Shown piece after piece: positions 1-12,743 of a stretch of 64,000 bases of DNA; the stretch's first letter is position 1; every line of letters starts with the position of its first letter. Source of the DNA: Balanoglossus misakiensis (Eukaryota; Animalia; Hemichordata); assembly GCA_040954595.2 (NCBI GenBank), contig CM082591.2:1525745-1589744 (forward strand). Direction: 5' to 3'. The notes below the pieces were generated by a model. The model had not been told where the DNA came from, ran no database searches, and saw only the letters and a list, made by a program, of their open reading frames with translations. A program made the position numbers and the translations under genes.

Positions 1-15
1 ATAATACAGTCTCAC

Positions 16-48
16 CAGAATTTCCTCTGACTGCACATTCACACTCAT
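16..48 (-). CDS. Candidate alternative first coding exon (MSVNVQSEEIL) of a minus-strand gene continuing off the left edge
   Basis: ATG at 48, 11 open codons, then a CTG|GTGAGA donor at 15; phase 0, the same as the exon at 10934-10960. Confidence 0.3.
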
Positions 49-3000
49 TCACTTGAATGTGACGTAGATTACAGTGTCACCATGGCAATGGTTCCTAGGC
101 AACACAACTCCTGTCCCAGTGATATAGTTCACAAGGCCACTTACAATCACAGACATAAAAAGGTCTTCCTTTTCATTTTTTTTATCGGCAACAAGAGATA
201 AAATCATAAAGCAATATGCCAAACATCACATTATTTAAATCAATGGTATATCATAATTTTAATGCAACGAAAGTTATCAATTTGACTGTCTAAAACAGTC
301 AATTGACACAGAATCTAAATATTGAATATGTGTAAATATGTTCTGTAAAATACAATAAACTGGAAAAACTATGTTGAGATAACTGTGTTTGCAAAGTTAT
401 ATTTTAAATGACGAACATATGGTGTTAAACATCTGCTCTTTTTCTCAAATCCTTATTTTCTAATCTCATCCTGATAAAAGACGCAGTATATACTGTGATT
501 TATTTCAGGAACATTTTAAAAATATCAACTTTATCATCAGCTGTTGCAAAATCTTTTTTTGATGCTATCATGTCATAATGTCAGTGAAAAACACAGAGTA
601 ATTGCAATATAAAAAGTGTCTTTCAAACTGCAAAGCATAACATACAAGTATCACTGAAATGTCAAATATTCTTTTGACAGGAGCTTTGTTGAAATCAATA
701 TTACTTCACTCTCCAGTTAGAATTTCAAGTTGTGGTCGAGGAAATTGCTTTTCAAACATATTTCACTCCTACATATTCAATTTGACGCAATTGTCCTTTA
801 AATCAGTATTTTAACATAAACCATGAAAATGGAACTGTATCTGTTAAATTCAAAACACTAAATTATGTTGGGAAATAAGACTTAACAATCAATTCTCATT
901 TTTAAAAATACACACATTTTTTTCACTGCGGCAGCTGCATCAATATCACCCAGTAACTACCGGTACAGACTATTTTTCTCATTGTCAATATGATGGCAAT
1001 GAAACTGAATTTCTTTGTGCAAGTTTGTGTATTAGTTTATTCACACGTATTGTCTATTCAGTCCAAAGAAATATCACAGTAATAGGGCACAATTTCCCCT
1101 ATTTAAATTCCATTTTGCATTTCAGTGGCCTAATTTTAGAAATTGGATTTTTCAAATTTGTCATAATCATTTGCAATGAATATTTCCTAACTGTATTATG
1201 GCTGCCTATTGTCCCTCAGTTTGAAGTCTCATACACAAGACCATGTTCATTTTTTGCCAGATTCGTCAAAAACATTAATTAAGAAATTATACATCATGAT
1301 TTTGAAGTTCATGTATCGCATATACATAGTGAAAAGTGTTGCACTGAATATTAGAGAAATTACAAATCGCAAAGGAAGAATTTGAGTTGCAACACATACT
1401 GAATTATTACAACTAAAGAATAATTCATATTACAAACATGTAGACTGCAAAGTTTACAGATTTTGCAATAATTTTACGAGGAACTACCCTGGCACTGGCC
1501 AGAGGCTACACTTACAAGAGGTCACCGCATACATTCACTATCAGTGCCGAGTCTGGCCAGAAGGCATGATACGTCCAATGTTGAAATACTAGTCCCTGTT
1601 TATGGAGTCTGATACAGCTTTTTACTAACACCATAACAGACATACCACCACTTTCTATTTGCAGTAAATTGCTTTGTTTATACACCACACATTACAAGAT
1701 GTTGCATGGTCTGCAGTTTATATTGAAATCAATTCCTTAAAATGATAGTGATACCATCCCTGGCAGGTTTTGGAGCACACAGTACTATTAGTACTACATG
1801 TACTATCAACTGCACGAGTAAAGTGATTGCATGCAAACCAAGGCCTGGCTATTACACACAGCCAATACTGGTTGTTTGACCTCAAGATTTTTTTACACCG
1901 CACTCAAATGCACTGTTTTTTCTCTTGGTTTATAAGCTCTAAATCACAGGGTTATTCACCTGGTTCCAAAACGTCGAATTTTCTCAGCTCTGAAGAACTA
2001 TTTACTGATGGACGTTTTACCCCTTCTTTGTGTATAAACATAGTTCTCCTACATAGAATTTTGAACTTTCACAGACTGTTCGTGTATGTCTTCAGCCCTC
2101 GCGCCTCTTACAGACCACTTGAAGTTTAGTTTTCAGGAACTTAAGCGAGAGCAGTGCGGCAACACTGTTTTCCCCAAGGAGAACAAAAGAGTCAGGTTTT
2201 CACAGACTCACTGCAAAATGGCATCAACATTTACTAACAATCGAAGATACTTTTCAAGTAAAGAATTAAAATTTGCTCAACACTGGCAAGGAGGCCTGCA
2301 CAGGGGTACGAAGGATAAAAACAATTTACACAGAGAGATCTACTTTCACAGGGAATAAATCATTTCTATTAAAACGCACTGTACATGTGCATGGGTTCAA
2401 GTAGAAACAGCTGATTGCATAGCGGACCAAATCTCAATAATATCGGCAGCTGGATGGGCAGACTGTAACCAAGACAACAGTGTTGGAGTCTCAAGGGACA
2501 TGCGTAACCTATGTAGTGCCATGAACTTGGGTGAGCAACGGCCCGATCTCCGTTCAAAGCCACCTTCACCTTTAAGTGTTATATAACTCTGAATGACGTA
2601 GAGTACAAGGTTTTACTCTAAAACAACTCTTTCTGTATCAAATGACCATCACTGTCATGTCAAGGAAGTGTTGAATTGATGAAAAATGAAACAAAACTTT
2701 ATGATAATATAAAGTACATTTAGAAAAATTAACATTTCCAAAACTATACATGAATGCACACAAATCAAGTATCACCTCAAGATTATTTGAACCAGAAGAT
2801 TATTTCTTTAAGTAGTAAAAGTTGTGATGTCAAATAGCATTTATGCTGTTTAAATTCTACTGTGTGTGATAGAGCAGAATTGGTTATAATTTCTTTACAA
2901 GTCTCTTTACGAAGCATATACAGTGATGAACTTTGACCTTACACCTTGACCTTGGACGAGGCATCAGACTCAGAATAATGCATGAGGATGTCGCAACATG

Positions 3001-5059
3001 AAAGATGACAAATTAATCCATTAGAATTAATGTTCACTTTCCGACGTCTTTTCCCAGGGATGTCGGTCTTAACTCATATCGGATAACGGGTCCTCTCCCT
3101 GATAAGATGATGATGATTACAGAAAGAAACAGAGTTGCTTGCAACCTTGGATTTAAAAATAGAATGCCACTCCTCCAATCATCGGATGCAAATATCCTGA
3201 AGTGACTTTTCTCGTCAAGAAGGGAATAAAACACAACTAATATTTATATTCAGCGCTGATTAAATATTAAATTTGAAAGGTTTACAGTCTGGATATTTGA
3301 TCAAACACCAACCGTAGAAACTCTCTTCTCGATACTCATTTGACAATTTTACCTCAAAATAGTATGTCAGAAATTAAGAAATATAAGCATTAACCATTTA
3401 GACAGAACGTACATCCCATGAATTTCAATGAAGCGTGTGTTAAAACTACAATAAGCCTCTCAACTGATATTACGATTTCCACAATATGGCTATATTTAGA
3501 TTTGGCACGATTTACGGCGTTCTGAGTTTAATAGTTTATGTCAACCTTTATAGCTGCTATGACACAAAAGTACTGGTGAATAAGGCGTTGAATCTGTCGT
3601 GTATTTTAATGACGTCGACTTCCAAATTTTCATCTTTGATGTAGCTCTACAAATAAGATGATGAATACACACATAGTACTTTTCATGGGAGAAAGTAATC
3701 TGATAATTCGCGAAATTGACTGAGCCATGTTTGGAATATCAATATCACCATTACGGTTGTGGTGTTAACCGTTATAAACAGCAGGCGCAAAATTGTATTT
3801 TGAGCCGCATTTCATTGATATTTTAAGCCATATAATATACACCTTTTTTAAACAGATAAACTTCACATGATTTCAGAATTTTGCAGAAAATACTCAGTTT
3901 ACTGAGCAAGGGAAAGGAACATTTGGGTCACAGAAACTGGCTTGCTCACGAGAACAAAATGGCCATCAAATCAACATTAAACATGAATTCTATCTTATAA
4001 TGCAGATCAGTGTCTAGACATGAAATCATTCTATTTGGGTTAAAATTTAGGCATTGCAAATTAGCACATACATGAATAAATCTATTGTAAGAATGAAACC
4101 AACCAGACGATAACAATATACATATTCGTAACAAGTTTTTATTTTACATAATAAGAAAACACAAATGTTTGCTCGTAGTAATGATTTTTCTGATGAGAAG
4201 CAAAAAATCTGACATACATCCAATCTACCTTTATATTTTTTTTACAATTCTATCAAAACTATCAGAACCTTAAAATTTTGATACATTCAAACAAAATTCA
4301 CTATAAGACTGATAAGAGCAATGGCAAGTGGAGGAAAGAAATAACATACACTGTTGACTACGGTTTAACATTCTCTGCATCATTGCACATTTTGTCACAG
4401 GTTGGGTGTGGCAAAAACGCTGTTTTTTTCTCCTTCCACAAAGAAATCTGCCTCGAATTTCGATTTTATTTCCAGAAGCAATTTTCATACATGGATGGGA
4501 ATATTTGTGGGTGTTTTTCGAAAACTAAATTTTTACAACTTCCATGTTTTGCGAAATGCACGATAAAAAACTATTTTTAGCACAGACCCTGGATAAGCTT
4601 GAATATGATGATCGCTACTTGTCATTCGTAGTCATTTGCAAGTCATGAAACAGTGCTGCCAAGCTCCCAACACAACCTATAATCACACAAAATTTTGCAA
4701 AAACAGTTTCTTGGCGGTTTGTTTTCGCAACTGAATTTTGCACTGGTTTATAAATTATTCTGATTGTCTTTGAAATTGGTCGTACACCAGTATATAAATA
4801 AAGGCAAATCATATCAGATTATGATTATTGTTCATAAAAACCAGATAAGCAGTTTCCTGATGTTATTTCTAACATCACAGTTTACATATCCTGCCATTGT
4901 TGGCAATGCAGAGGAAGGATTGAGGAAATCTTTCCATTTTAATATTCTTTTCCGTGAAAGTATCTTTCTATCCCTTTCTCAACTCCATCATGAGGGGAAA
5001 AATCATAGTTGAACTCCCTAGCTAGCCTGTGTAACTCTATAGTAAAGAACACCTCAACA

Positions 5060-5144
5060 CTGATGAAAAAATCACATTTAGACTCCCTAACTTATACTGG
5101 CTGATGCAAAATCACATGTAGACTCCCTAGCTTATACTGGCTGA
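5060..5144. repeat. Tandem duplication of a ~40-bp unit (aaaatcacat.tagactcccta.cttatactggctga)
   Basis: Two near-identical adjacent copies; further actccct(a/g)g cores at about 5012, 5152 and 5287. Confidence 0.7.
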
Positions 5145-8100
5145 CCTCTTAACTCCCTAGCACAAGATGAAACTGTGATCTTTCAGCATAAAGGACAAGG
5201 TGCAATATTAGCTTAATTTGTATTTTCTCTCCTGGGGAAGACACAAAATAATTTTTATCTCCCTTGGCAAGGCCCATTAGATTCCAACTCCCTGGTACAA
5301 GAAGACTTCATTAATCTTGTCTAGGGAGTACATGGGCTATCAGTTTTGTACTTTAACTAAAATTAAATTTAGATATATACAATGTATCCCTACTATCTGT
5401 ACAATCTATGTTTGAAAAAACTCATTAAAGGAATATGAATAATTAATCTGTATGAGTATACTTTTGCGATAGCATTGGCTACCAACTAATCATATGACGT
5501 TTAGACACAAATGTGCTGTGGTGATATTGGATGGTGCAGAGGGACTATCTTTTTTCTGAAGTTAAGTTCCTGAGGTGTAGAATACCTTAATATGCACAAT
5601 GCTACAACCTGAACTTACTGCGATTACTGACGAACTGTTTAGCAAGACAAACAGATTAAATGAGACTAGCCACTAGTCTATCAATTATCAACACCTAGTG
5701 ATTATTTTCTTCACAGAGGGGTTTCCCGTTACTTACTGACCAGTTCCATCTGCATTTAGTGTTTTGCTATTAACACAGCCAGGTGGTTTTTTTATTTCCA
5801 AAGTATTATATGTTGCAAGAAAAACATACACTGGTCTGCTCACATGATATCCTAACCCATCAAAAATATCTCACATTTTCAATTACATGAAAAAATGCTG
5901 ACTTTACTAATAGGTTTGGTAGCATGGCCAGGCCGGTACGGTTTACTGTTTGCAATCATGTGGTAATAATGGTGTTGTCAGTGTGTGGGTTCGCTCCAAG
6001 AGAGGTCCATGTTAAGACAAGTGTACACAATTATATTGTAAACTCCTTGTTTTAATCAGCTACCTGGGACGATGGTACATGTATATGACCTTGTACAAAA
6101 AAGTGGGTCAATTCACCGAACAAGTGCTCTATTTTGTCTATTGCCAGCAAGTTGCATTTATGTTCCAGATTATGAACAGCCTTAGATGAACCAGTAAAGG
6201 CTGTTCATTTTGTCTTGTAGTTTTTGTTTTACTTTAACTGTTTATCATACTTTTAGATGTGCATTGTTCATTTTTGTAGCAGCACAACACACACTCTTCT
6301 TAATTTTCACTGATTTAATGATACTTTAATTATTATAATTTGTGTTATTTTTTAAGATATTCATCTCCCAACATCACTTGCCTAACAGCGATAAATGATT
6401 CATATAATTCCTACTGAAGGGGAATGGTAAACATTAGCTATACAATCAAATGAATACAATTACAATATGTACTCTTCAACATGACAGAGAGACCAAGTCT
6501 ATCAACAATGAAGCTGTCCTCACATTTTTCCAATAATTAAAGGCAATATTTACACAGCTTCACAATAATGACAATTCTCGAAGGATATACATGTAATACA
6601 GTCAGTCAGTCTTTCGCGATGGTTGGTAATCACCATGGAAACCACTCAGAATTTGCCATGGAAACTGAATGCGTTCACCAGGGTAACCCTGATAGTGCAA
6701 ATCTTTCAGGAACATGGCTGGAGTATAAATAGATTGGCTTGTATATACTGCAGAAATATATTCAACACTGAATGATATATAAAATAATTCCACTGAAACA
6801 GTCGCGAGCAACTGCTGTTCAGATAAATTAACTCATGACATATCACATTATTCTTGTATTTTTTTAATTCTATATCAGTCTGCTTCCAGAAAGATTAATG
6901 GTACGTGACAAATTCTTCTTTCTAAACCCCAGCTGTCCGGAACTTCAGACAGATATCTGTCAGCAGATTTCAGATAAAAAATATCTTGGATTCAGATAGT
7001 GATGATCATTTATAAACTTATCAATAAATTCTAAGTTTGGTTTCGAACATGTATAGTTTCAGACATAGGAGATGCACATCTCGAAAAATCTATCTGAAGT
7101 TTATTGGAGTAAAACTGCCCCTCCCCAGGGGGAGGAGTATCTTGCACCAGATCGCTGGAATAGGCAAAGTTCTTTCCTCTAAGCACTGTTGAAGATACCA
7201 GCAATTAATTAGGTTGGAATAGATTGTAACAGAAAACCAAATTCATTTCCACAGAGATGAACTTCAAGTCTACAGAGTTGGAACAAATTAGCCTGAAGCG
7301 TTGAAGAGATAAACTTGCTGGGTAATTTTCCATTGGCACACCACATCTCATGTTCATGTAACATGAACTTGTTGCTTTATACGCCCTTTAACACGACTTA
7401 TATTACGTTCACATTTTTGAACACAGTACATGTACCTCCTGACGCCTAACTCAATAGAAATCAGGATTATTTCTGTAAGGTTTGTGTTTAGCAATCAAGA
7501 TAGTTTAATACTTAATTCAAGCTGATGTAACCTGACAATGCAGGGTCCTTAACCCTATCAACCCTACGACTCTTCAAATGGTTCCAACCAGTCAAGTGTA
7601 AAAACAAGTGGATTAAACCAAAATATATTGGTAACAGAGGACAGATTGACATATGCATTCAAAAGAAATCATCACACCTTATTCTTTATTTATGCGTCCA
7701 ACTTCCCCTTTGAAAATGATGGGACTGAAACAAGCTGGCATAGAAAATGGAGAGGGGGACTGTGGCCTGTTTAAAGAGGGATGATCACAGCCTGGTACAA
7801 CACACCCACTGGGCAAGTCACACCAGAAAACTTCTGACAAACTCATTCAGTTGGACACACCTATCTATTAGTAATTATTTATTTGAACAAGCTTATTCTA
7901 TCTCACAAAACAAAACATGTTACCAAAGACTGGGTAACAGAATTCCAGTCTTAAATAAACAGAATCTTAAAAATCTGTGCAAATGAAGAAGTGTTTTTGT
8001 TGAGTGAAATCATGCAGGAAAAAGTAGAGTCTGACTGGAGTGAAACTGTGTGAACAATCCATTTCTTCTTCCTTCAGACAACAATATAAACACAGTCTCC

Positions 8101-10272
8101 TCGTTATCTGATGTATTCCCCACCCTTTTCTAAACAGCAGACTATCTTTTGTTTGAAAAAAAAAGTTCACTGGCCCTTTACTCTCTCGTAACCCCTGGTT
8201 TAATAGTCATCATTATGCTGGTCTGGTTTCTTTGTTGGAACTATGGGACTGAACCTGGCAAATAGGATTGTGTGGCTAAACCAGGTCATCTTCTAAGGTT
8301 TAGTTGGTAGGATACATACAGCCTTTGAGTATTTGAGTAGCCAGCGAACTGACGGAAGGGGGTGGGGAGAGGGTCTTGATGACCCACTACTAAGTCTTTT
8401 TGCGTAAACAGAGACTGTGAGTCAAACTCTTGAGGATGTGGTAAAGCCCAATCTATGTATACAGTAATTCTGCAACCCCAATGACTAAAACATCCCAAGG
8501 CATATGTACTCTATTTGTTTAAACCCATTTAGATTGTAACCCATTAATCCACTCCTTGAACACTATTGTTTGCAAGATATACAAAAACACATCTTTTATT
8601 GTCCTCCCTCCCTCCTTTCATAATGGGTGAGTCTCCCAGCAGTCGAGTTGTTAGACCTCGTCATCATTACCAGTTGCCCTTTCCGATACAAGAAAGAGAA
8701 TCACTCTTCTACAATTTCACAGTTATTCAGCCTATAATGAATTTATCACATGAAAACCATTGTGACTGATAAAATTCCTCAGAGCAGCTGTAAACTAAGA
8801 TGCTCTCGGCCAAGCTGTTTCTCATGTTTCCTGTCATGTTGGAGGGAAATTTATAGAACTAATTTTATTACAAGGTTGGATATCTAATCTTATGGTGTGT
8901 ATAGGATAAAATATACTCTCATTCATCGGTTTAATTTGTTATGCCACTCATGACATTTTTTCCAACTTCTATGGAAAATATTATCTTTCCATTGATGACA
9001 GCTAGTGGACTTGGTGTCACCATGTCAACCGCATAGCTTGCTGGGATCTCTGTAATTCCACTGAAAATCTCACTGATGTGACCAACTGTTGAACTCTACA
9101 GGTGTGTTACAAGTATTGCTTTGATAATTCATCAGTTCAGATGAACACAGCCTGTGTTTTATTCTGAAAAGCAGGCCTTGCATAAACACCATCACTTTTG
9201 ACCTCTGACTGATGAACTTAATTATTCATATTATGAATGGTCAGCTGACAGGCGGCCATTGGTATCCCACAATGCAACAGTCCAGGGAGAAAGTCTGTGA
9301 CTACCTACTAACAAGCTAACTTTTCCCAAAAATACCAATAAATGTAATTAACACTGATTCTAAATAGCCACAGAGACAACTGACTGCAGCATGAATAACC
9401 TTAGACTTCTGAAAACTGACTTCTGTACCTGGTTGGTCTGTATGCATGGAGTACATTTGCATATTGCCACAGACCTTCATTGTTTCTGCAATTTGCTACC
9501 AATACATTGCATTAGTAGTTGTTCTCAACACACTCTGAATCTGCTGCAGTGATTGCCTGCAGTAAAATTTCTAGCTGAATCTAGCATAGTACACACATGC
9601 ACACACACTGTGTTACTGCACATTTGCAGTGCACATACTGACTAATATTTACCCAATCAACACAGTGGTCAATGGGTGTTTGCAATTCTTTGATGTTTGC
9701 AATTTTAAGTGGTAGTCAATTGAAAAACCAAGCAGCCATGGGCATCCGCTGCCAAATATTTGAAATGGTCTAGTAAAAAATGATACACATTGACCCAGAG
9801 GACAAGCGTTTAGCCCTCCACCTTTCCCTGAACTTCGGTCAAACCATTCACCATGGGGGTGAGGGGCACATGTATACATGTATATGGTACACCCCCCCCC
9901 CCCCTTCCACCACTACAGAAAGGGCAGCGAAGGTCATTCATTAACACCGCGGTCAGTCCTTGTGTGGAGAGACTGTGTTAACACTCAACAATGTCCAGCA
10001 AACAGCTGTGAAATGTATTCCACCCATAAACCACGTATAATTCAACAATCCAATCAATCTACTATAGGTATAGCGGACTATGCCACTGCAAAATGGGGGT
10101 GACGTAGCTGCAGTACGTAGTTTGCGGACAAACGCGTTAATATTGCCACTATGTAACAAACATAAACATGTTTGTAGCAAACTACCACACTGTTGTCGAT
10201 TTCAAAACAAGGTTGTAAGGTCAGGGCAAACCGACCTGGGAAGAATGTTGACCAGAAAAGTACTATGGGCTA

Positions 10273-10395
10273 CAATCTGATTAAAATCAGATGTAGGGAA
10301 CGGCGACTTGGTTTTTTTATGTTGTCGCCTCACACTACGGCGACAACATAAAAAAACCAAGTCGCCGTTCCCTACATCTGATTTTAATCAGATTG
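10273..10395. mobile_element. 123-bp hairpin MITE with perfect 57-bp TIRs and a 9-bp TSD (TATGGGCTA)
   Basis: Arms 10273-10329 and 10339-10395 are exact reverse complements around a 9-nt spacer. TATGGGCTA occurs at 10264-10272 and 10396-10404. Confidence 0.9.
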
Positions 10396-10933
10396 TATGG
10401 GCTACAAACTATGCATTTTATTTGAGCTATAACTTTTATTATGTCAACTGTAGTCATAACTCTACTTTGTTTCTCATCAACAGGCATTGTCAATCCGTTG
10501 AAAAGTATTGATCCAACAAAACCCCAGACCAGACGAAGTTTATTTCAGCCCAAGATTGAAAGTTTTCACAGACAATTTGAAGTGAATGGAAGGAGAAATA
10601 ATGTAATGCGGTATTATATATGTGGTCTGCATATGTCGGCAGCTTTTTTATTCAACCTTAAATATTAAAACGAAAATTAATATTTAAAATACTAGATCAC
10701 ACCGTCTTTGAAATGTACATGGTTGTAGCTTGTTGAGCTGGTGACATTATATGACTGCCTGCCTTCAACTGGCAGGGGTTTTGAATTCATCGATCAGAAG
10801 GTCGTCGTTAGATATGGATTCATTATGAGAATGTGGGCGAGTCGAGAGAGAGAGACGATGGGTAGTTCGCTTGGTCGTGTATGTATCCGTCAGCGCGCAG
10901 ATTTTTTAAGAAACGACATTATAATGCGCTTAC

Positions 10934-10960
10934 TTGTGGAGAGAAAAACACGCCAGACAT
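10934..10960 (-). CDS. Probable first coding exon (MSGVFFSPQ) of an unidentified minus-strand gene with a first intron over 10 kb
   Basis: AAC-ATG-T start context, 9 codons, CAA|GTAAGC donor; lies in a CpG-enriched promoter-like segment (about 10800-11400), divergent from glycogen synthase. Confidence 0.55.
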
Positions 10961-12650
10961 GTTGACGTAAGAAACCGCAAACGCGGACAAAATGAACAGA
11001 ACAGTCAAACTGTTGTGAAAAGGCTTACGAGGTGTCGGTACCACGTTAAAAACGAGGTAATTCCCAACCACATAAAAATCCAGACACGTCAATTGGCTAA
11101 GTCGCACAAATTATTTCGCCAACGACAAATTCCAGCTGAACGCTACTGTGCCTATTGTGTGCTGTCGCGAACAATTGCGAGGTGTGAACGACATACATAC
11201 ATAGGTCAAAACATACTACAACACTTAAGTGCTTCATTTTAAAAGAGCAACAGACGTGAAACTATAATTTTGATGCCGAAGAACTCTAACTGTCAGTGTC
11301 AACCTCGCATACAGTGACCCGCCCAGCTTCTTAGACGTTTCTCAGCTCGGTTGCAACCTACCGTATTGCATGTTTGACGCCAAAATACTTGCACATAGGG
11401 TCAGCATGGACTCCCAGACACTTAATGCAAAGGAAAATAATTAAGGCAACTGCACATACCTCCAAACACTAGAAATTTCAGGCAAAGGGTGACGTTTTCC
11501 CCACAAAATAAGATCTCTCAATGTAGACGTATGTAGTAGTCTGTAATTCAGTAAATGTATTCGCTATGGGAATGACTAGAATAGGTTCATTTGCATAAAA
11601 TTGCAAGTAATCTTTGGGCGATACCATTGTTGACAAAGGAAAGTGGTCGAAGCAAAAGAGGGTGTGGTCGTTATATATCCCAGCGTGACGCTATTCTCTG
11701 ACTCAGATATCATACTCTATTTGGCTTTGTGGGAATTTCAAAGGATAAGTAAACCCAAGCGAATGAATGCAACAACATCATTTGCCCTACTTATATTGCC
11801 AGTATATCACCGACATAAACAAGGTTATTTTTCACTCACTTTCAGGGAGTTTAACACCAGCAACCCCCAAAAATTATTTTTGCTTTTTGTTTTAATTTTG
11901 TTTCAATGATTTTAAAGATCAGCGGATCACACAGAGCGGGTCCTCTTGGGTTGCTAATTGATTGTATACTGGTCTGTAGAATAAATAAACTGCATTGTCT
12001 ATCAAAGTATAATACAATAGAATAACCAATTAGGTATAACAATAGATTACTGTAAAGATAAACAAAACGATTAAGCAGTGAATTGGTCGTAATATCACTC
12101 CCACGAATCCGTACAAATCCGATAGTGACGACCTCAATTTTTACATTATTACTTTTATGGTTCACGTGCGTACTGGCATACAAAGCTAGGCACTGCAAAC
12201 GTGTTTGCAAGAACGTTTTTCTCGGCGTCGTTGAGTATTGCGTCGATTCGCACGATACACGTACTTTGAATCACGCCCTCTGACCATACTGAAAAGAACT
12301 ACTTTGTTTTTTTTTGTTAGCGATGGCTTGAACTTGGGATTGACAACAGTATTTGCTGTAAACATTTTAAAGGAGTTGTACGACATGAGTTTTACAAGTA
12401 TAAAACTACACGTATGGTCTGGCCAACAGCTGAAAAGTAACTTGCGTGCAAAACTTATATTTCTATTAAATTTGCTGAAGATATCTCTGAAATTGGATTA
12501 CAAACAGGAATAGTCATAGCTGAATATTTCTGTATCGTTATAATTTTAAAGAAGTGGTGTTTAGATTCTTTTTTAAAGAAATGAATGTCATAAAAACAAA
12601 AGAATCAGTACGTGATCGCATTTCCTATCAACCTTTGGGGTCCAGTCACA

Positions 12651-12666
12651 TAGCGCCCTCTGGAGG
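12651..12666 (-). promoter_or_regulatory. CTCF-like motif CCTCCAGAGGGCGCTA upstream of glycogen synthase
   Basis: Close match to the CTCF core CCASYAGRKGGCRS, 78 bp before the ATG. Confidence 0.55.
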
Positions 12667-12743
12667 TTTTGTCTTTCACCAGTAGGCTAGGGGTACAACA
12701 TGACATCTGATTGACCTTAGCTGAAACTCCACGGTCAAAAAAA

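Noticed and set aside
1900-4600. Possible decayed DNA-transposon fragments (cctttaa end at about 2570, ttaacc at about 3390)
   Set aside because: No matching opposite TIR or transposase remnant found, so boundaries cannot be supported.
1025-10900. Many 60-100 aa ORFs in the first 11 kb
   Set aside because: Mostly non-ATG starts, composition like random AT-rich DNA, no family motifs and no consistent splice sites.
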